DNA of 64,000 bases. Origin: Candidatus Nanohaloarchaea archaeon (GTDB lineage Archaea; Nanohalarchaeota; Nanosalinia; Nanosalinales; Nanosalinaceae). The notes below the pieces were generated by a model. It saw only the letters and a list, made by a program, of their open reading frames with translations, searched no databases and was not told where the DNA came from. A program made the translations under genes and the position numbers. This document shows positions 36,461 to 45,792 of the stretch, piece after piece (the stretch's first letter is position 1; each line of letters starts with the position of its first letter). Where the stretch lies: assembly GCA_041640035.1 (NCBI GenBank), contig JBEQBC010000002.1, forward strand, positions 105,580 to 169,579, read 5' to 3'.

Positions 36461-37261
36461 CTAGATCAAGTCCATCTTGTAAAGCTTCAATCCTTCCTCT
36501 ACTTCGATATTAACCTGTTTCTGATTATTTTTCCCGAGTTCTGCGAGATGGGAGATGCCGGCGAACATGATGTTCTCTTTCCCGACCATTTCATGATCTG
36601 AGTATACTTTTACAGTCTTGACAGAGTCCTTTGGGTCAGCTACTATGTAAAGCTGGTTTTTACCAGTTATGAAGCTGATCTCTGCGTTTTCTCCTGCTTC
36701 TAGACATTCTTCTGTCTGTTTCCATTCTCCTGATATCGACAGGTCTGTTTTGGTGGGGCTCTTGGATTTGACCTCTTTCTTGCCGTGGAATCGGTGTTCT
36801 GGATGTAGGTCGGAGTTCTTGAGACCTAGGTGTTTTTCCTGTGGGTTGTGAGGTACCCTGAGTTCTGTCTGTATGCCGAGGAAGTCCTCCAGGTCTTTGA
36901 GGTCGTGGTCGCCTGAGCTGTGGTGTTTGACTTCTCCATCTTCTATTACAAGTTTTTTAGGCGAGTTTCTTTCCATCCATCGCTGTTTTTCTGGTTTATG
37001 TGCGGCGCTGAAGTCTGCTTCTTTATCTTTGATGGTTTTTTCCAGGAATTCTCTGTCCTCGAAGTCGTGCTCAGGCTGGTGAAGTACGACCAGGTGTATT
37101 CCACGGTTGCGGGCTATCTCTGCCAGCATCTCCAGCTCTGTATGGCATCTGAGGCATTTCGGATCCCACAGGTGTACTAGGTGTTTGCCTTGGCTGAAGT
37201 CTGGTTTTCCGTTTATCCATTCCTCGGCTTCGATATCTTCGAATTCGTCGCCTACAAACAT
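36461..37261 (-). CDS. Thioredoxin-fold (redoxin) protein with a DipZ-like C-terminal domain
   Basis: CLRC (CxxC) in LVHLWDPKCLRCHTELEMLAEI. The C-terminal LSISGEWKQTEECLEAGENAEISFITGKNQLYIVADP...VKVYSD resembles the C-terminal domain of DipZ-type proteins. Confidence 0.55.
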   Translation of the reverse strand: MFVGDEFEDIEAEEWINGKPDFSQGKHLVHLWDPKCLRCHTELEMLAEIARNRGIHLVVLHQPEHDFEDREFLEKTIKDKEADFSAAHKPEKQRWMERNSPKKLVIEDGEVKHHSSGDHDLKDLEDFLGIQTELRVPHNPQEKHLGLKNSDLHPEHRFHGKKEVKSKSPTKTDLSISGEWKQTEECLEAGENAEISFITGKNQLYIVADPKDSVKTVKVYSDHEMVGKENIMFAGISHLAELGKNNQKQVNIEVEEGLKLYKMDLI

Positions 37262-37327
37262 TCTTACTGTATGTTTTGAGCTGGTTATCTATTAAGTTAT
37301 GGCTGAGAACTTGTTCATTACAGGTCT

Positions 37328-37693
37328 ATGAAAGAGTTCGTTAACCGTTGGGATGAGAAAATATTCAGTATCACCCCGATCGGAGCATCAGATTACGAAC
37401 TTAAGCAAAGGATTCAAGGAGAAGATCTTGATTTTGAGGATTATGAAGAGTCTCTGGATAGCTACCGTTTTGCACAGGCAGTATTCAATATTTCACGGGT
37501 GCTTCTATACGCAGGTTTAATCAGCTCGATAGCAAGCACCTTCAATATCTACGGTCTTGGAATCATCGAGCAGATAGCATCCTATATCGGTGCAACAGTC
37601 ACATTCATATTTTACACCGTTACAAGACACATAGCCAGTCGCAGGAAGGAGCTGTACCGTTTGGAGCGGGAGCTGCTTCTGAATCAGGTTTAG
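37328..37693 (+). CDS. Small membrane protein, unknown function
   Basis: 121 aa with two hydrophobic helices (VLLYAGLISSIASTF and IASYIGATVTFIFYTV). Confidence 0.45.
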   Translation: MKEFVNRWDEKIFSITPIGASDYELKQRIQGEDLDFEDYEESLDSYRFAQAVFNISRVLLYAGLISSIASTFNIYGLGIIEQIASYIGATVTFIFYTVTRHIASRRKELYRLERELLLNQV

Positions 37694-37696
37694 GTT

Positions 37697-38899
37697 TTAT
37701 TCTCTATCGAGCACGGTGTAAAGGATTATTATCGTGAGTGTTGAGAACAGTACTGCTGGTGCGAATACCTGAAGCATCTGCTCTGAGATAACACCTAGAT
37801 CTATCGCGATTATCAGTACTACCAGTGTTTCTATATCCAGGCTGAGCAGTGATGCCGCTACTGTCATTGGTTTCTCTATATCGTGTAGCCTTGATACTAT
37901 GTATCCGATTACGATCTTTGGTACTGTTGAGAGTGCGAAGAGCAGGAATGCTGCATCGATGTTTGCTATCATCCCGGAGCTTCCGAATATTGTTAGTCCG
38001 AGGCCGAACCAGGCGAAGAATATCGGTATGAAAAGTCCTTCTGCTATGGCGCTTATTTTTTCCTGGAATGCGCGGCTGTCTGTGAAGTCGCTTCTTGATA
38101 CGATGACTCCTGCGAAGAATGCGCCGAGTACTGAGGATAGTCCTACTGTCTGGCTTATGTAAGACATGAAAAGCAGCAGTGAGAAGGTTATTGCGAACTG
38201 TGCTTCTGTCTCCTCAAACATCATGATGTAGTCATCGATCTTGTGGATAAATTCATGTAGTATGTAGAATACCGCGATGAAACCTAAGATAGATCCTATC
38301 TTGATCAGTTTAGCCTGTAATCCCTGTGTTGCATAGACTACAAGACCGGTCAGTGCTATGAAGCCCATTGTTACATTTATTACAGATGATTTTATCGTGT
38401 ATTTGCCGATGTGTTCTCTTAGCAGTCCTTTTGACATCATCAGCTTGGAAGGAACTCCTATATCTACTACCGCGTATGCCAAAGCGATGAACAGGAATGC
38501 TGATACCCCTTGATCCGGTAGGTAGGATGGCTGAAGTAGTAGAAGGGTTGAGAATATTACGGCGAATGTTCCGAGTAGTATAGATGTACCTAGCTGTAGG
38601 CCTTCACGGTGCGTGAATATATCAACTACATTTTCTTCTTTCAGTCCTGCTTGGAAAAGTATGAGTGTGGCGCCTACTGTGGCGAATCCTGCTACGGATG
38701 ATGCTGATATCGCCCATCCTTCAGGTATCAGAGAAGTGTATGATGCCAGGTTTGTGATTCCGGGTCCTAGAAGTACCCCGGCTACTATGTAGCCCAGTAT
38801 GGATTCCAGTCCTATCCTTTCGAAGAGTTCTCCGACTAGGAAGGAGAACGCGAGTAGTATTCCGACTGAGAGCAGTGTTGCTCCGCTGAGACTAGCCAT
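37697..38899 (-). CDS. Cation:proton antiporter, CPA2 (Kef/NapA-type)
   Basis: LAFSFLVGELFERIGLESILGYIVAGVLLGPG and about 11 further TM helices. I prefer the ATG at 38899 (GAGGAGG SD 5 nt upstream) over the TTG at 38914. Confidence 0.8.
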   Translation of the reverse strand: MASLSGATLLSVGILLAFSFLVGELFERIGLESILGYIVAGVLLGPGITNLASYTSLIPEGWAISASSVAGFATVGATLILFQAGLKEENVVDIFTHREGLQLGTSILLGTFAVIFSTLLLLQPSYLPDQGVSAFLFIALAYAVVDIGVPSKLMMSKGLLREHIGKYTIKSSVINVTMGFIALTGLVVYATQGLQAKLIKIGSILGFIAVFYILHEFIHKIDDYIMMFEETEAQFAITFSLLLFMSYISQTVGLSSVLGAFFAGVIVSRSDFTDSRAFQEKISAIAEGLFIPIFFAWFGLGLTIFGSSGMIANIDAAFLLFALSTVPKIVIGYIVSRLHDIEKPMTVAASLLSLDIETLVVLIIAIDLGVISEQMLQVFAPAVLFSTLTIIILYTVLDRE

Positions 38900-39314
38900 T
38901 GTGAGCCTCCTCAATCAGTGTGTCTTCATGTACGACGCCGATTATTTCGCCGTCTTCCTCGACCGGCAAGGCTCTGATATCCTCTCTATCCATCAGAAAA
39001 GCCATCTCTCCAACTTCTTCGTCAGGTTCGATTGTTATCTCGTGTTTGTTCATCAGATCTTCAGCTGTATCCGGCGTATAGCTTCCATCAAAGCTGAAGC
39101 CAAGTATACCTACGACTTTCTCCTCATCCAGTCTCTCCTCAGGTATAAGGTGTTTTAGAAGAACTTCTTCATGGATCTCGCCCACGAAATCGCCATCTTT
39201 CTCAACTATCAATGCGTTCTCAGAACCGTGAAACTCCTCTACAACAGTATCTATATCTGTATCATGCGGGATAAAATCCGGTTCATCCATTATATCGCGG
39301 GCAGTCAAAGCCAT
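38892..39314 (-). CDS. CBS-domain pair protein
   Basis: Start moved to the ATG at 39314 (MALTARDIMDEPDFIPHDTDIDTVVEEF...ALIVEKDGDFVGEIHE...ALPVEEDGEIIGVVHEDTL). The track extension overlaps tRNA-Ser. Overlaps the antiporter start by 8 nt. Confidence 0.75.
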   Translation of the reverse strand: MALTARDIMDEPDFIPHDTDIDTVVEEFHGSENALIVEKDGDFVGEIHEEVLLKHLIPEERLDEEKVVGILGFSFDGSYTPDTAEDLMNKHEITIEPDEEVGEMAFLMDREDIRALPVEEDGEIIGVVHEDTLIEEAHNG

Positions 39315-39353
39315 ATCAAGAAATAAAAGGTTCTGTAATTTAAAGAAAGTGGT

Positions 39354-39442
39354 CGCCGGGACTGGGATTTGAACCCAGGAGGGACGGTATGTCCCACCGG
39401 TTCTCAAGACCGGCGCGTTCAACCAAGCTCCGCCATCCCGGC
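39354..39442 (-). tRNA. tRNA-Ser (anticodon UGA), long variable arm
   Basis: Hand-folded. Acceptor GCCGGGA/TCCCGGC, anticodon arm CCGGT-CTTGAGA-ACCGG, variable arm GGGAC-ATAC-GTCCC, T arm CTGGG-TTCAAAT-CCCAG, discriminator G. No encoded CCA. Confidence 0.9.
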
Positions 39443-39486
39443 AAAAGGCTGTATGAACTGTTTTTCAGGTTAAGTATCTTATAACC

Positions 39487-40059
39487 TTACTCTAGTTTGG
39501 CTTCTTCGTATCTCTTTTTGATTTCTTCGAAAAGTTCTCTTCCTGTTTCTGTGTTGAGTCTTTCCTCTGAGTGCTGGAAGAATTCGTCGAGTGATTTTTC
39601 TTTGGAGTGGCGTCTCTGTTTGGAGTATTTTAGCGCCTGGATGCACATGTCCAGGACATCCATGTCTTTGACGAATTTGGCTGTCTGTGTTTCTCTTTCT
39701 TGGTATTCTTCCCAGAGCTCTATTATATCGTCGAATCTGCTTTCTGGAGGTAGGTCGTGTATTGCTCTTCTCTCCATTTCCTCCTTTTCTTCATCTGTTC
39801 TTTCGTATCTGTCGGAGTGTTTCTTGGATACTAGGTCGCCTGTTTTGGCTTCTGGTAGATCCTGTATAACAGCCATTTTGACTGCTTTTCCTTCATCTAC
39901 TCCTTCTTCTTCGGCGTAGAGTAGGCATAGAAATTTGACGCCCCATACATGTGATGCTACGGATTCAGGGTCTTTGATTCCTTTGAAAAGCCATCCTGTA
40001 CGCGGTTCGTCCTTGAGGTTGTATGACTCCAGTAGGAAGTCGATATCGTCAGATTTCAT
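39487..40059 (-). CDS. HD-domain phosphohydrolase (YfbR/HDDC2-like 5'-nucleotidase family)
   Basis: RTGWLFKGIKDPESVASHVWGV ... AVIQDLPEAKTGDL, which are the H...HD...D motifs of the HD superfamily. Confidence 0.75.
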   Translation of the reverse strand: MKSDDIDFLLESYNLKDEPRTGWLFKGIKDPESVASHVWGVKFLCLLYAEEEGVDEGKAVKMAVIQDLPEAKTGDLVSKKHSDRYERTDEEKEEMERRAIHDLPPESRFDDIIELWEEYQERETQTAKFVKDMDVLDMCIQALKYSKQRRHSKEKSLDEFFQHSEERLNTETGRELFEEIKKRYEEAKLE

Positions 40060-40065
40060 TGTATT

Positions 40066-41025
40066 TCATTGATCCCAGTTTTTCGGGTATGTTTCCGGGT
40101 CCATGAAGACTTTTTCTAGTTCGGCTGCTTTTCCGTCTTCTGCGTCGTACATTTCCTGGGAGTTCATCGATGCTTCTGCGAGTGCGACGAGTTCTCCTTT
40201 CAGGGTCATGATCGCTACGGTTTCTTCTTCCTTGATTCCGTCCTGTAGTTTGGTTATCCCGTTTACTCCAAGGTTTGCTCCGTTGGCTACGGCGTTTACT
40301 GCTGTGTCTTTGATGACTATCTTGGATAGGTGGTTTACGGCTTTTTCTATCGGCTGAAGTATTTCCTGGAGCTTGGATTCTTCGTCCTGTATGTGGAACT
40401 GGTATTCGTCTACCAGATCTTGAAGTGTGTATGTGTCTTCGATTTCCAGTTCTCCTTGTTTGGTTCTGCGGAGTTCTGTCATCTCTGCGTCTGTATCTGT
40501 TTCTTCTCCGAGCTGTTCTGCGAACACTCTTACATAGAACCCTGATTCACATTCAAGCCGTACAAGTATCTTTTCTTCCCTGTTTTCGATTAGTTTCGCT
40601 TCGTACAGTTCTCTTTCCCGTGGTTCTTTCTTCACCGCGCTTTTCTCTGGCGGCGTTTGAGTATTGGTTCCTTCGAATTCGCTGAGTACTTTTTTGAGTT
40701 CCTGAGTACCTATTTCTTCGTCAAGTTCGATTTCTGCTATGTATTCCTTCTTTGCTTTGGATAGTGCGTCTGCTATCTTGGTTCCCTTGTTGATTCCGAC
40801 AGGCAGTATTCCGGTTGCGTGAGGATCTAGTGTGCCGAAATGCCCCGTCTTTCTGAGATCAAGTTCCTCTTTTATCCAGTGGCTGACCTGGTTACTGGTC
40901 GGTCCGTGTGGCTTGTCGATAGGTACGAAGCACTGTTCCAACAGTTCTTCTACTGTTCTCTTGTGCGGCGGCTTTCCATAGCCCTGCTCCGGCTCTGCCT
41001 CCTCTCTTGTATACCACTGAACCAT
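40066..41025 (-). CDS. cbf5: H/ACA RNP pseudouridine synthase Cbf5 (TruB family with a PUA domain)
   Basis: VPIDKPHGPTSNQVSHWIKEELDLRKTGHFGTLDPHATGILPVGINKGTKI, plus the C-terminal PUA-like VIKDTAVNAVANGANLGVNGI. Confidence 0.9.
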   Translation of the reverse strand: MVQWYTREEAEPEQGYGKPPHKRTVEELLEQCFVPIDKPHGPTSNQVSHWIKEELDLRKTGHFGTLDPHATGILPVGINKGTKIADALSKAKKEYIAEIELDEEIGTQELKKVLSEFEGTNTQTPPEKSAVKKEPRERELYEAKLIENREEKILVRLECESGFYVRVFAEQLGEETDTDAEMTELRRTKQGELEIEDTYTLQDLVDEYQFHIQDEESKLQEILQPIEKAVNHLSKIVIKDTAVNAVANGANLGVNGITKLQDGIKEEETVAIMTLKGELVALAEASMNSQEMYDAEDGKAAELEKVFMDPETYPKNWDQ

Positions 41026-41094
41026 ACCTATTAACTAATAAGAGACTTTTTTTAATCAGACCGGTGCTGGAATTAGAAGAGAAAAAATATTGTG

Positions 41095-41823
41095 TTATTG
41101 TACTCCGAGTAGTTTTCTGAATAGGATGCTGAGTGGCATGAGTACTATGATGTAGTATCCTAGCCAGTTGAGTTCGTCTCCTGCGAACGGTATTGAGATT
41201 GGTAGTTGTACGAACTCTGATGTTAGTTTGAGGCTGTATCCTTCTGTGCTGGTTAGTCCGCCTTCGCTGTATCTGAAGTCTTTGATCAGCCACTGGATTC
41301 CGTATCTTTCGACTTTGTCTCCTACCTGGTACTGTTCGCCGTCAATCTCTACCGTCTTGTTGGCTGTGGTGTTGTCTACATTCAGGGTTGTTGACTGGCC
41401 GGCGTATGAGAACTCTCCCTGGAACATCTCTGTGGAGTTGTCGACTGGTTGGAGCTGTATTGCTGGTGCGTATGTGGCTCCTAGCCATGGGAAGATTAGC
41501 ATGACGAAGACCATGGTGGCGATTGATGGTTTGAAGTTGACCATCATGAACTTCTTGTTCAGTTCGAAGGATTTCTTCATGTGTTCGGATGCGTCCTTGT
41601 CTTCGTCCTTCTGTGCTTCCTTCAGTTTTTCCTGTTCCTTGTCCAGTTTTTCTTTGATCTTGTCCCGTTTTTCCTGGTCTAGGAAGATGTAGTATAGTAG
41701 TGAGAATATTATTGCCAGTCCTGCTGCTATTGCTCCGAGACTTATGTACGGTCCCATTGATAGGAGTGGCTGGAAGATTGCGCTGTAGAAGCTGAATAGC
41801 GCTGTTTTGAGTCCTGTAATCAT
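41095..41823 (-). CDS. DUF106 / archaeal YidC-Oxa1-like membrane insertase candidate, with an inserted ~95-aa non-TM segment
   Basis: TM1, then a K/E-rich coiled hairpin (DQEKRDKIKEKLDKEQEKLKEAQKDEDKD...MKKSFELNKKFMMVNFKP), then TM2. This is typical DUF106 and the classic position next to secY. An extra segment lies between TM2 and the last TM. Confidence 0.65.
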   Translation of the reverse strand: MITGLKTALFSFYSAIFQPLLSMGPYISLGAIAAGLAIIFSLLYYIFLDQEKRDKIKEKLDKEQEKLKEAQKDEDKDASEHMKKSFELNKKFMMVNFKPSIATMVFVMLIFPWLGATYAPAIQLQPVDNSTEMFQGEFSYAGQSTTLNVDNTTANKTVEIDGEQYQVGDKVERYGIQWLIKDFRYSEGGLTSTEGYSLKLTSEFVQLPISIPFAGDELNWLGYYIIVLMPLSILFRKLLGVQ

Positions 41824-41875
41824 TTTTTCTGTCTCTACTTTATGTTGGGGTTTTCTGGGTTAAAAAATGGTTTTT

Positions 41876-43285
41876 TTATGACTGGAAGAAGTCTCCGAGT
41901 GCTGGGTGGATTTCTTCCAGTTGTTTCTGTGCTAGCTGTTCATACATTCTGTAGATGATCATAACTGTTAGCAGGATTCCTGTTCCTCCTCCTGCTGCCT
42001 GTGTCATGTTCGCGGATGCTGCTAGCAGTCCCATGGTTGCTCCGGAAAGTACGGTTAGGCCTGGGATGTATCTGTCTAGTACTTTTTTGATGACTCGAGA
42101 GTCTTTTCTGAATCCTGGGACTTTCATGCCTGTTTCGCTGATCTGTTCTGCGACGCTCTGTGAGTCCTGTCCGCTGGTTCGTGCCCAGAAGATGGAGAAT
42201 ACTGTTGATCCTGTGATGTATACTCCTAGGTAGAAGAATATGTGGAAGATGTCTGATGGGCCTACTGCGGCGAATCCGTTCTGGATTAGCCCGGTTATTA
42301 CATCTGTTGGTGCGTTGAGGTATCCTGCGAGTCCGCCTGTTGCTTGTCCGTTGCTGAAGGTTCCGAGGATGCTTGTTCCGCTTCCTCCTGTTAGTGCGGA
42401 GCCGACAATCTGTACATTTGCGACTAGTGCTCCGACGAATATGATTGGCATTACGCTGGTGTATAGGAATTTGAGCGGCCATTTCTGTCCGAATCCTCTT
42501 ACATTTCCGAATGTGAGCGGTATTTCAACTCGCATGGATTGTAGGTATACTGCTACTGCGAATACTCCTATTGTTGCTACTACTGGTAGGAGTGCTGATG
42601 CTTCTAGGTTTACTGCGAAGTTGAGTAGTGCTCCTGCAGGGTTTCCTTCTACATTCCAGAATAGGTCCTGTGTCTGGGTTAGTGGGCTGATGAAGCCGAT
42701 TATGATTTGTTTAGATACTCCTGCGGCAATGAACAGGCTGACTCCCTGTCCGAATCCCCATTTCTTGACGAGGTCGTCAAGTAGTATGATTAAGACTCCT
42801 CCTAGTGCGATCTGCGCTGTTATCAGGGAGATTACTAGGTATGAGTTCTGTACTGATGCCTGTAGAAGGTTTCCAAATGTTCCGCTGAGTACATACCCCA
42901 GGGCCATGAAGATTGTTAGGCCGTATGCTAGGAGTTTCTGTGCGGACTGGAACTTTAGCTGTCCTTCATCTGTGTTTGTGTTCCATGGAAGTATTTCGCT
43001 TCCTACCATCATCTGTAGTACGATGGATGCTGTGACGATCGGTGTAATTCCGAGTGTCAGTATTGTTCCGATTGATGCTCCTACAAGTGTCTGGAACTGT
43101 TGCAGCTGTCCAAGTGCCCCTGATGCTACAGGGTTTCCGAGTGTGTATACAGGTATGCTGCTTAGAAGGAAGTATAGTAGTAGTACTATCCCTGTCCAGG
43201 TAAGCATTTCTTTAAGTGACTGTTCTTTTTCCGGTTCTCTTACTGTTGGAAGGTACTGAGCTGCTTTGACTAATGTTTCTGACAT
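41876..43285 (-). CDS. secY: Preprotein translocase subunit SecY
   Basis: 469 aa, 10-TM pattern. LPTVREPEKEQSLKEMLTWTGIVLLLYFLLSSIPVY. Conserved position after uL15. Confidence 0.95.
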   Translation of the reverse strand: MSETLVKAAQYLPTVREPEKEQSLKEMLTWTGIVLLLYFLLSSIPVYTLGNPVASGALGQLQQFQTLVGASIGTILTLGITPIVTASIVLQMMVGSEILPWNTNTDEGQLKFQSAQKLLAYGLTIFMALGYVLSGTFGNLLQASVQNSYLVISLITAQIALGGVLIILLDDLVKKWGFGQGVSLFIAAGVSKQIIIGFISPLTQTQDLFWNVEGNPAGALLNFAVNLEASALLPVVATIGVFAVAVYLQSMRVEIPLTFGNVRGFGQKWPLKFLYTSVMPIIFVGALVANVQIVGSALTGGSGTSILGTFSNGQATGGLAGYLNAPTDVITGLIQNGFAAVGPSDIFHIFFYLGVYITGSTVFSIFWARTSGQDSQSVAEQISETGMKVPGFRKDSRVIKKVLDRYIPGLTVLSGATMGLLAASANMTQAAGGGTGILLTVMIIYRMYEQLAQKQLEEIHPALGDFFQS

Positions 43286-43376
43286 TCTTGTTTTTCACTC
43301 CTGCTTACTCTGGGTGGTTCTGGGGACATGAAAAGTGGAAAAACCGTGTAAATAATATGTTATGTATGAGGGTTTT

Positions 43377-43805
43377 TTACTCCTCTGTCTTTACCGCTTT
43401 GCCTTCTGCTTCTTCGATCTTTTCTTCGGCTCTGCTTGAGAACTTTGGAGCGTGTACCTCGATGTTTTTGGTCAGTCGGCCTTTGGCAAGTACTTTGTCG
43501 TAGCCTAGTTCCTCTAGATCGACTTTGAAGCCATCTTCTGTTTCTTCTGCTAGTCCTTCTTCTACAAGTCTTTCAATCTGCTGGTCTAGATCTCGTAGGT
43601 TGATTCCTGTCTGGTCTTCGTTTCTAGTGTTGAAGCCGTCTTCTCCGAGTTTGTGGACGCCGTCTTTGGTCATTTTTTCGTGCTTAGCTTTCTTTCCGCG
43701 TCCTGCGTTTCCTCGGCCTCCTCTGTGGCCTGCTCCTCTGTTTTTCTTGCTGCTTCCGTGTCCGTGGCTGCCGGATTTGTTCTTCTTGGATCTTCTCTTT
43801 GTCAT
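43377..43805 (-). CDS. rpl15: Ribosomal protein uL15
   Basis: GSHGHGSSKKNRGAGHRGGRGNAGRGKKAKH. Operon position. Confidence 0.9.
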   Translation of the reverse strand: MTKRRSKKNKSGSHGHGSSKKNRGAGHRGGRGNAGRGKKAKHEKMTKDGVHKLGEDGFNTRNEDQTGINLRDLDQQIERLVEEGLAEETEDGFKVDLEELGYDKVLAKGRLTKNIEVHAPKFSSRAEEKIEEAEGKAVKTEE

Positions 43806-43809
43806 CTGT

Positions 43810-44157
43810 TTACACCATCTTCTGAAGTAGTTCGTCTAGGTTTTCTCTCTTGCCGAGTGCTCCGCCTTGGTTCACATTTCTCTTGGTGTCTTTGAATCCT
43901 CCTGTTGGAGGTGCAAGGCTTACTGTTGTTCCGTGTTCGACTTCGACATCTCTGGAGTCTTCAAGTTCTTCGATCATTTCGTCGCTGATCTCTCCGTATG
44001 TTACGAAGTCTTTGACTTTGTTGAACATTCCCTGAATTGATTCTTCGTCTTCGTAGATTACGCACTGGTTTCTCTTATCTAGGTTGAGGTTTTCCATCGT
44101 TCTTTCTATATCGTGTGGTGTGTCTCTGTTTCCTCTGATTCTGATTGCTGCTATCAC
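43810..44157 (-). CDS. rpl30: Ribosomal protein uL30
   Basis: (GTG)IAAIRIRGNRDTPHDIERTMENLNLDKRNQCVI. Operon position. Confidence 0.9.
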   Translation of the reverse strand: MIAAIRIRGNRDTPHDIERTMENLNLDKRNQCVIYEDEESIQGMFNKVKDFVTYGEISDEMIEELEDSRDVEVEHGTTVSLAPPTGGFKDTKRNVNQGGALGKRENLDELLQKMV

Positions 44158-44825
44158 TGTTCTTCACCTTTGTATTCTCCGATTTTTTCTAGTGCATTGA
44201 AGACTGCTTTGATCAGGTTTTCTCGTGTACGGGTTTGTCCTCTGCTTTCTACCCATACATCTTCGAAGCCTGCTAGTTCGAGTACTTTTTTGACATCGTC
44301 GCTTGCTGCGATGCCGATTCCTTTTGGTGCTGGTTTGAGTTCTGCTTCTACGCTGCCGGATTTTCCTGTTACCTTGAATGGTACGCTGTGGTCTGTTCCG
44401 CATGCGCATTCCCAGCTTCCGCATCCTTTGCTTACTTCGATAAGGTTGAGCTTGGCTCTGCGGTTGGCGTCTTCGATTGCTGCTCTTGTGTCGTCTGCTT
44501 CTCCCATGCCTAGTCCGATAATTCCGTTTCTGTTTCCGAGGACTGCCATGGATTTGGTGTTGTATCTTTCTCCTGATTTATGCATTCTGCATGTTCTTTT
44601 GGAGACTGTTCTTCTTTTTCCTCCTCCTTTTCCTGGTGTTCCTCCGATGAGGATCACTTCTTCTTCCAGGTCTGTGAGTTGGTCGACGATCTCTGTTTCC
44701 ATGATTTCTCGGTCATGGTTGAGTGCTTCTCTGATGGTGGTTACTTGTCCTTTTGCGACCTCTCTTCCTAGCTTGGTCTTTGGTTTCCAGACTTCTTCTG
44801 TTTCTTCGGTTTGTTGTTCTGCCAT
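44154..44825 (-). CDS. rps5: Ribosomal protein uS5
   Basis: AVLGNRNGIIGLGMGEADDTRAAIEDANRRAK...PAPKGIGIAASDDVKKVLELAG. Confidence 0.95.
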   Translation of the reverse strand: MAEQQTEETEEVWKPKTKLGREVAKGQVTTIREALNHDREIMETEIVDQLTDLEEEVILIGGTPGKGGGKRRTVSKRTCRMHKSGERYNTKSMAVLGNRNGIIGLGMGEADDTRAAIEDANRRAKLNLIEVSKGCGSWECACGTDHSVPFKVTGKSGSVEAELKPAPKGIGIAASDDVKKVLELAGFEDVWVESRGQTRTRENLIKAVFNALEKIGEYKGEEQ

Positions 44826-44831
44826 TCTATA

Positions 44832-45341
44832 TCACTCATATTCTTCGTCAATTTTTTCAAGGGTTTTATCGAACTGTTCAGGAACATTTTCTCCTGTCAT
44901 TTCCTCGATGTGTTCTCCCCGGATTCTTTCCTGTGCTGGGAAGATTCCGTCGCCGGCTGGTATTTCGAGTCCACCGTCGATCAAGCCTTTGAGGGCTGCG
45001 TATTCTCTGCTGCCCTGTTTTGGTGTCTTGAGTCCTAGGTCGAGGATTGCTTCGTTGCTGTCTGCTTTCTTTGCTGCCAGGTATCCTGTCAGGTATGCTG
45101 CTGGAAGGTTTCCTGTGTGCTGTTCCCATCCGTACTCTCTAAGGTGTTTGCTTGTTGTCTGTGCTGTGTTTTCGTCGCCTTCTTCACTGTAGTGTGAGAG
45201 CTGGACGGTTGTATGCTGATTTGATGTTCTTACTACTGCTCTTGGTTGACCTGATTTCAGAAGTTTCAGTCGCTGATCGTAATCTGTTTTCTTTTCTCTT
45301 CGTCTTCTGAAAGGAAGGTTAAAGTTTGTTGAATCTGCCAT
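44832..45341 (-). CDS. rpl18: Ribosomal protein uL18
   Basis: FRRRREKKTDYDQRLKLLKSGQPRAVVRTSNQHTTVQL. Confidence 0.95.
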   Translation of the reverse strand: MADSTNFNLPFRRRREKKTDYDQRLKLLKSGQPRAVVRTSNQHTTVQLSHYSEEGDENTAQTTSKHLREYGWEQHTGNLPAAYLTGYLAAKKADSNEAILDLGLKTPKQGSREYAALKGLIDGGLEIPAGDGIFPAQERIRGEHIEEMTGENVPEQFDKTLEKIDEEYE

Positions 45342-45348
45342 TAGTATT

Positions 45349-45792
45349 TCACTGCTCCATCTTGTTTTCTACATGGTTTTCTAGGTGTTTTGTGTCTCGG
45401 AAGAAGCCTCCTTTGCTCATGTCGTAAAGCTTCCGGTACTGTTCCTGTGTGATCTCGTCATTGTCTCTCATCTCTTTGAGACGGTTTCTGATCGCCCGGA
45501 TTTTCTCCATCCATTTGTCTTTGTCGCTTTTCCGTGCTGACTTCTTTCCTTTTCTGCTTCCTTGGCCTTTTCTCTGTCCTTTCTTCTTCTGTTTCTTGAT
45601 CTCTTTGCTTCGGCCTTTGGATGTTCCTTTTTCGTCTCTTTTCTGGATTGCTCCTCCTTCGATAAGGTTTCTGATGTCGTTCCGTGTGATTGCTTCGGAT
45701 ACTTCTTCCTGTTCATCAGGATCGATGTAGATCCTGTTCTCTCCGACATCAAGGATTTCTGCTGCCATTCTTTTCTGATTCTTGAGGTCCAT
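45349..45792 (-). CDS. rpl19e: Ribosomal protein eL19
   Basis: MDLKNQKRMAAEILDVGENRIYIDPDEQEEVSEAITRNDIRNLIEGGAI. Confidence 0.95.
   Translation of the reverse strand: MDLKNQKRMAAEILDVGENRIYIDPDEQEEVSEAITRNDIRNLIEGGAIQKRDEKGTSKGRSKEIKKQKKKGQRKGQGSRKGKKSARKSDKDKWMEKIRAIRNRLKEMRDNDEITQEQYRKLYDMSKGGFFRDTKHLENHVENKMEQ

Noticed and set aside
39315-39422. N-terminal extension of the CBS-protein ORF (track start at 39422, TTG)
   Set aside because: The extension is the translation of tRNA-Ser (39354..39442). The internal ATG at 39314 gives a normal CBS-pair protein.
42240-43259. 339-aa plus-strand ORF (and 41955..42233, 41940..42482) overlapping secY
   Set aside because: These are antisense or alternate-frame shadows of a confidently identified secY. 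Their composition (S/P/T/C/R-rich) is not protein-like for this acidic proteome.
44113-45192. 359-aa plus-strand ORF spanning the rps5 and rpl18 genes
   Set aside because: It is antisense to two conserved ribosomal protein genes. The open frame is a by-product of GAN/GNN-rich codons on the coding strand, which leave few stop codons in the antisense frames.
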